Shown here piece after piece: positions 61,985 to 64,000 of a DNA stretch of 64,000 nt; the stretch's first letter is position 1; every line of letters begins with the position of its first letter. Source of the stretch: Malacoraja senta (lineage: Eukaryota); contig JAXLNO010000130.1 of NCBI GenBank assembly GCA_038087875.1, positions 1 through 64,000 on the forward strand, written 5' to 3'. Below the pieces are notes generated by a model that saw only the letters and a list, made by a program, of their open reading frames with translations, was not told the origin of the DNA and ran no database searches. The position numbers were made by a program, and so were the translations under genes.

Positions 61985-62300
61985 TGGCGGTCACGGTGGC
62001 GCAGCGGTAGAGTCGATGTCTTACAGCGAATGCAGCGCCGGAGACCCGGGTCCGATCCCGACTACGGGCGCCGCCTGTACGGAGTTTGCACGTTCTCCCC
62101 GTGACCTGCGTGGGTTTTCTCCGAGATCTTCGGTTTCCTCCCGAAGACTCCAAAGACGTGCAGGTTTGTAGGTTAATTGGCTTGGTGTAAATGTAAAAAT
62201 TGTCCCCAGTGGGTGTGTAGGATGGTGTTGATGTGCGGGGATCGCTGGTCGGCACGGACCCGGTGGGCTGAAGGGCCTGTTTCACGCTGTATCTCAAAAC
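61985..62300 (+). mobile_element. HE1-like tRNA-derived SINE
   Basis: Box A TGGCGCAGCGG, box B-like GGTCCGATCC, tail GGGCCTGTTTCACGCTGTATCTC. Confidence 0.72.
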
Positions 62301-63179
62301 CACCACCCCCTCCTCTCTTGCCTGTAAATCTTCTCTGCACCCTTTCCAGCATATTGACTTCCTTCCTGTAGCCGTGCATCTAAAATTGAACACAATACTC
62401 TAAATGCGGCCTCACCCACGCAACATAACATCACGACTTCTATACTCAATACCCTGACTGATGGAGGCCAGTGCACCAAAGGCCTTCTTTACCACTCCAT
62501 CTATCTGTGGCGCCACCTTTAGGTCACTATGGACCTGCATTCCTCGATTCTTTTACTCTACAACAACCCCCAGAGTTCTGCCATTCAATGTGAAGATTCT
62601 ACGTGGGGTTGCCAACTGTCCCGTATTAGCCAGGACATCCCGTATATATTGGGCTAAATTGGTTTGTCTGCTACTACTCGGGTCGAGGGGTCTGTCGGGT
62701 CAGACCCCGCCTCACCCGTCCCGACGTAGTGCAGCCCATGGAGTGCAGCAGCAGCACCTCGCCCGTGGCCCCGTCGGTCGGTCGGTCGGCAGCCCAGCCA
62801 GCTGTCCGACCTTCGGACCTTCGCTTACCGCCACCACCCCTCCTTCTCACGGGCCGATCATCGGTTCATGAGTTGGACGGGGTGCCGGACTTTGCGCGCG
62901 ACGTCCCGCAGCCCCCCGGGCCAAAACGCCTCAGCTGGCCCGCCGGCTGGGCTTTGTGTCCAGTCCAGCACCCGGGGCCAACTCATCATTCACCCAGCCA
63001 CGGCCGAGTCGGGCAACGAATTGCCGTCGGGAATTTGTCCCGTATTTTTACTGTTTGTCCCTTATTCGGGAGGCTATGAAAAAAATTCCAGTGAAAATAA
63101 ATATTTTTTATTGGTAGAAAATTCTTCCGATTAGACAAGTTGTTACTTCAGAGGAAGTGACGTGGCCTCCTTTACGCTT

Positions 63180-63425
63180 GGTGAGACCAAGCGTAAACTC
63201 GGTGACCGTTTCGCCGAAAACTAACACCCCGTCCGCCAAGGCCTGCTGGATCTCCCGGCTATTAACCGTTTCAACTGCCCTTCCCATTCCCACACTGACC
63301 TTTCTGTCCTGGGCCTCCTCCATTGCCAGAGTGAGGCCCAGCACTAACTGGAGGACCAGCACCTCATATTCCGCATGGGCAGCTTACACCCCAGCGGTAT
63401 GAACATTGACTTCTCCAATTTCAAG
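63180..63425 (+). mobile_element. Penelope-like GIY-YIG C-terminal fragment
   Basis: GETKRKLGDRFAE..HLIFRMGSLHPSGMNIDF (frameshifted). Confidence 0.7.
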
Positions 63426-63811
63426 CTAAAACCCCCTGGCCCTTGCCCCGCCCCCTCCCCCTCCCCCCCACCCAGCTATCTCTCCGACCATCCCCTCCCC
63501 AAGTCTCCCTGCTCCTTGCCCCTTCTTGCCCCTCCTCCCATCTCCCATCCCCGAGTCCTCCATTTCCCTTGTCTCTCTCCTGTCCACTCCCACCCTTATC
63601 CCTCCCTCCCTCCCTCCAGCTTTCCTCTCCTCACTTCTCTTCTCCCCTTCTTTTACACCCTTTTCTCTCCTTTTCACCTGTGGCCTGTGCCAACCAATCC
63701 CCCACCCTCACCTGTATCCACCTATCACTCAGCAGGCTTTCACCTGCCCCCTCCTTTCCAGCTTTCTTCCCCCTCCCCACCCCCCACACCCACCCCCCCG
63801 CCCAACTATAA

Positions 63812-64000
63812 AGGGGCTGTCCCACTTGGGCGACCTAATTGGCGAGTTTAGAAGAGTTTGAAAAAATGACATGTTGAAGACCTCCTTCGACTATGTAGAA
63901 GACCTCCTTCAACCTCCTTCAACCTCCTTCAACCTCCTTCAACCTCCTTCGACCATGTTCAAGACTAGCTACGACTAACTTTGGGAAAATCGGACACCGA
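63812..64000. mobile_element. Left end of a Harbinger-type MITE with internal 10-bp repeats (ACCTCCTTCA)n
   Basis: TAA followed by AGGGGCTGTCCCACTT terminus, as in the other MITEs; runs off the window. Confidence 0.6.

Noticed and set aside
61985..62070. tRNA gene
   Set aside because: Box A/B head continues into a SINE body; no full cloverleaf seen
62605..63075. hAT element starting GGGTTGCCAAC
   Set aside because: No matching second TIR or TSD found

Overview
This is a repeat-saturated vertebrate genomic window. The CR1/HER1-type LINEs and HE1-like SINEs suggest a cartilaginous fish such as a skate or ray (inference). There is a 200-N assembly gap at 42960-43159. Two host genes lie on the minus strand. 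(i) The first two coding exons of an HHIPL1-like gene (53430-53152 and 48993-48347); exon 1 has no in-frame ATG and the downstream exons are not in the window. (ii) An unrecognised multi-exon gene that I rebuilt from phase-compatible splice sites (40436 to 11050). It encodes a PDZ-like C-terminal half, a coiled coil and a 2.1-kb exon of about 29 Gln/Cys-rich 18-20 aa repeats, and nearly every repeat unit carries a YY1-type motif (CAAGATGGCCGCC). Mobile elements: three co-oriented DIRS1-type tyrosine-recombinase retrotransposons (one nearly intact, with gag, RT/RNaseH/MTase, YR, ITRs and a circle-junction ICR); many CR1 copies of two subfamilies; Penelope GIY-YIG fragments with many minimal hammerhead-like motifs; Rex1-, Tx1- and RTE-derived pieces; Harbinger and hAT MITEs; and an interstitial (CCCTAA)n tract. 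All calls come from reading the sequence by eye; no searches were run.
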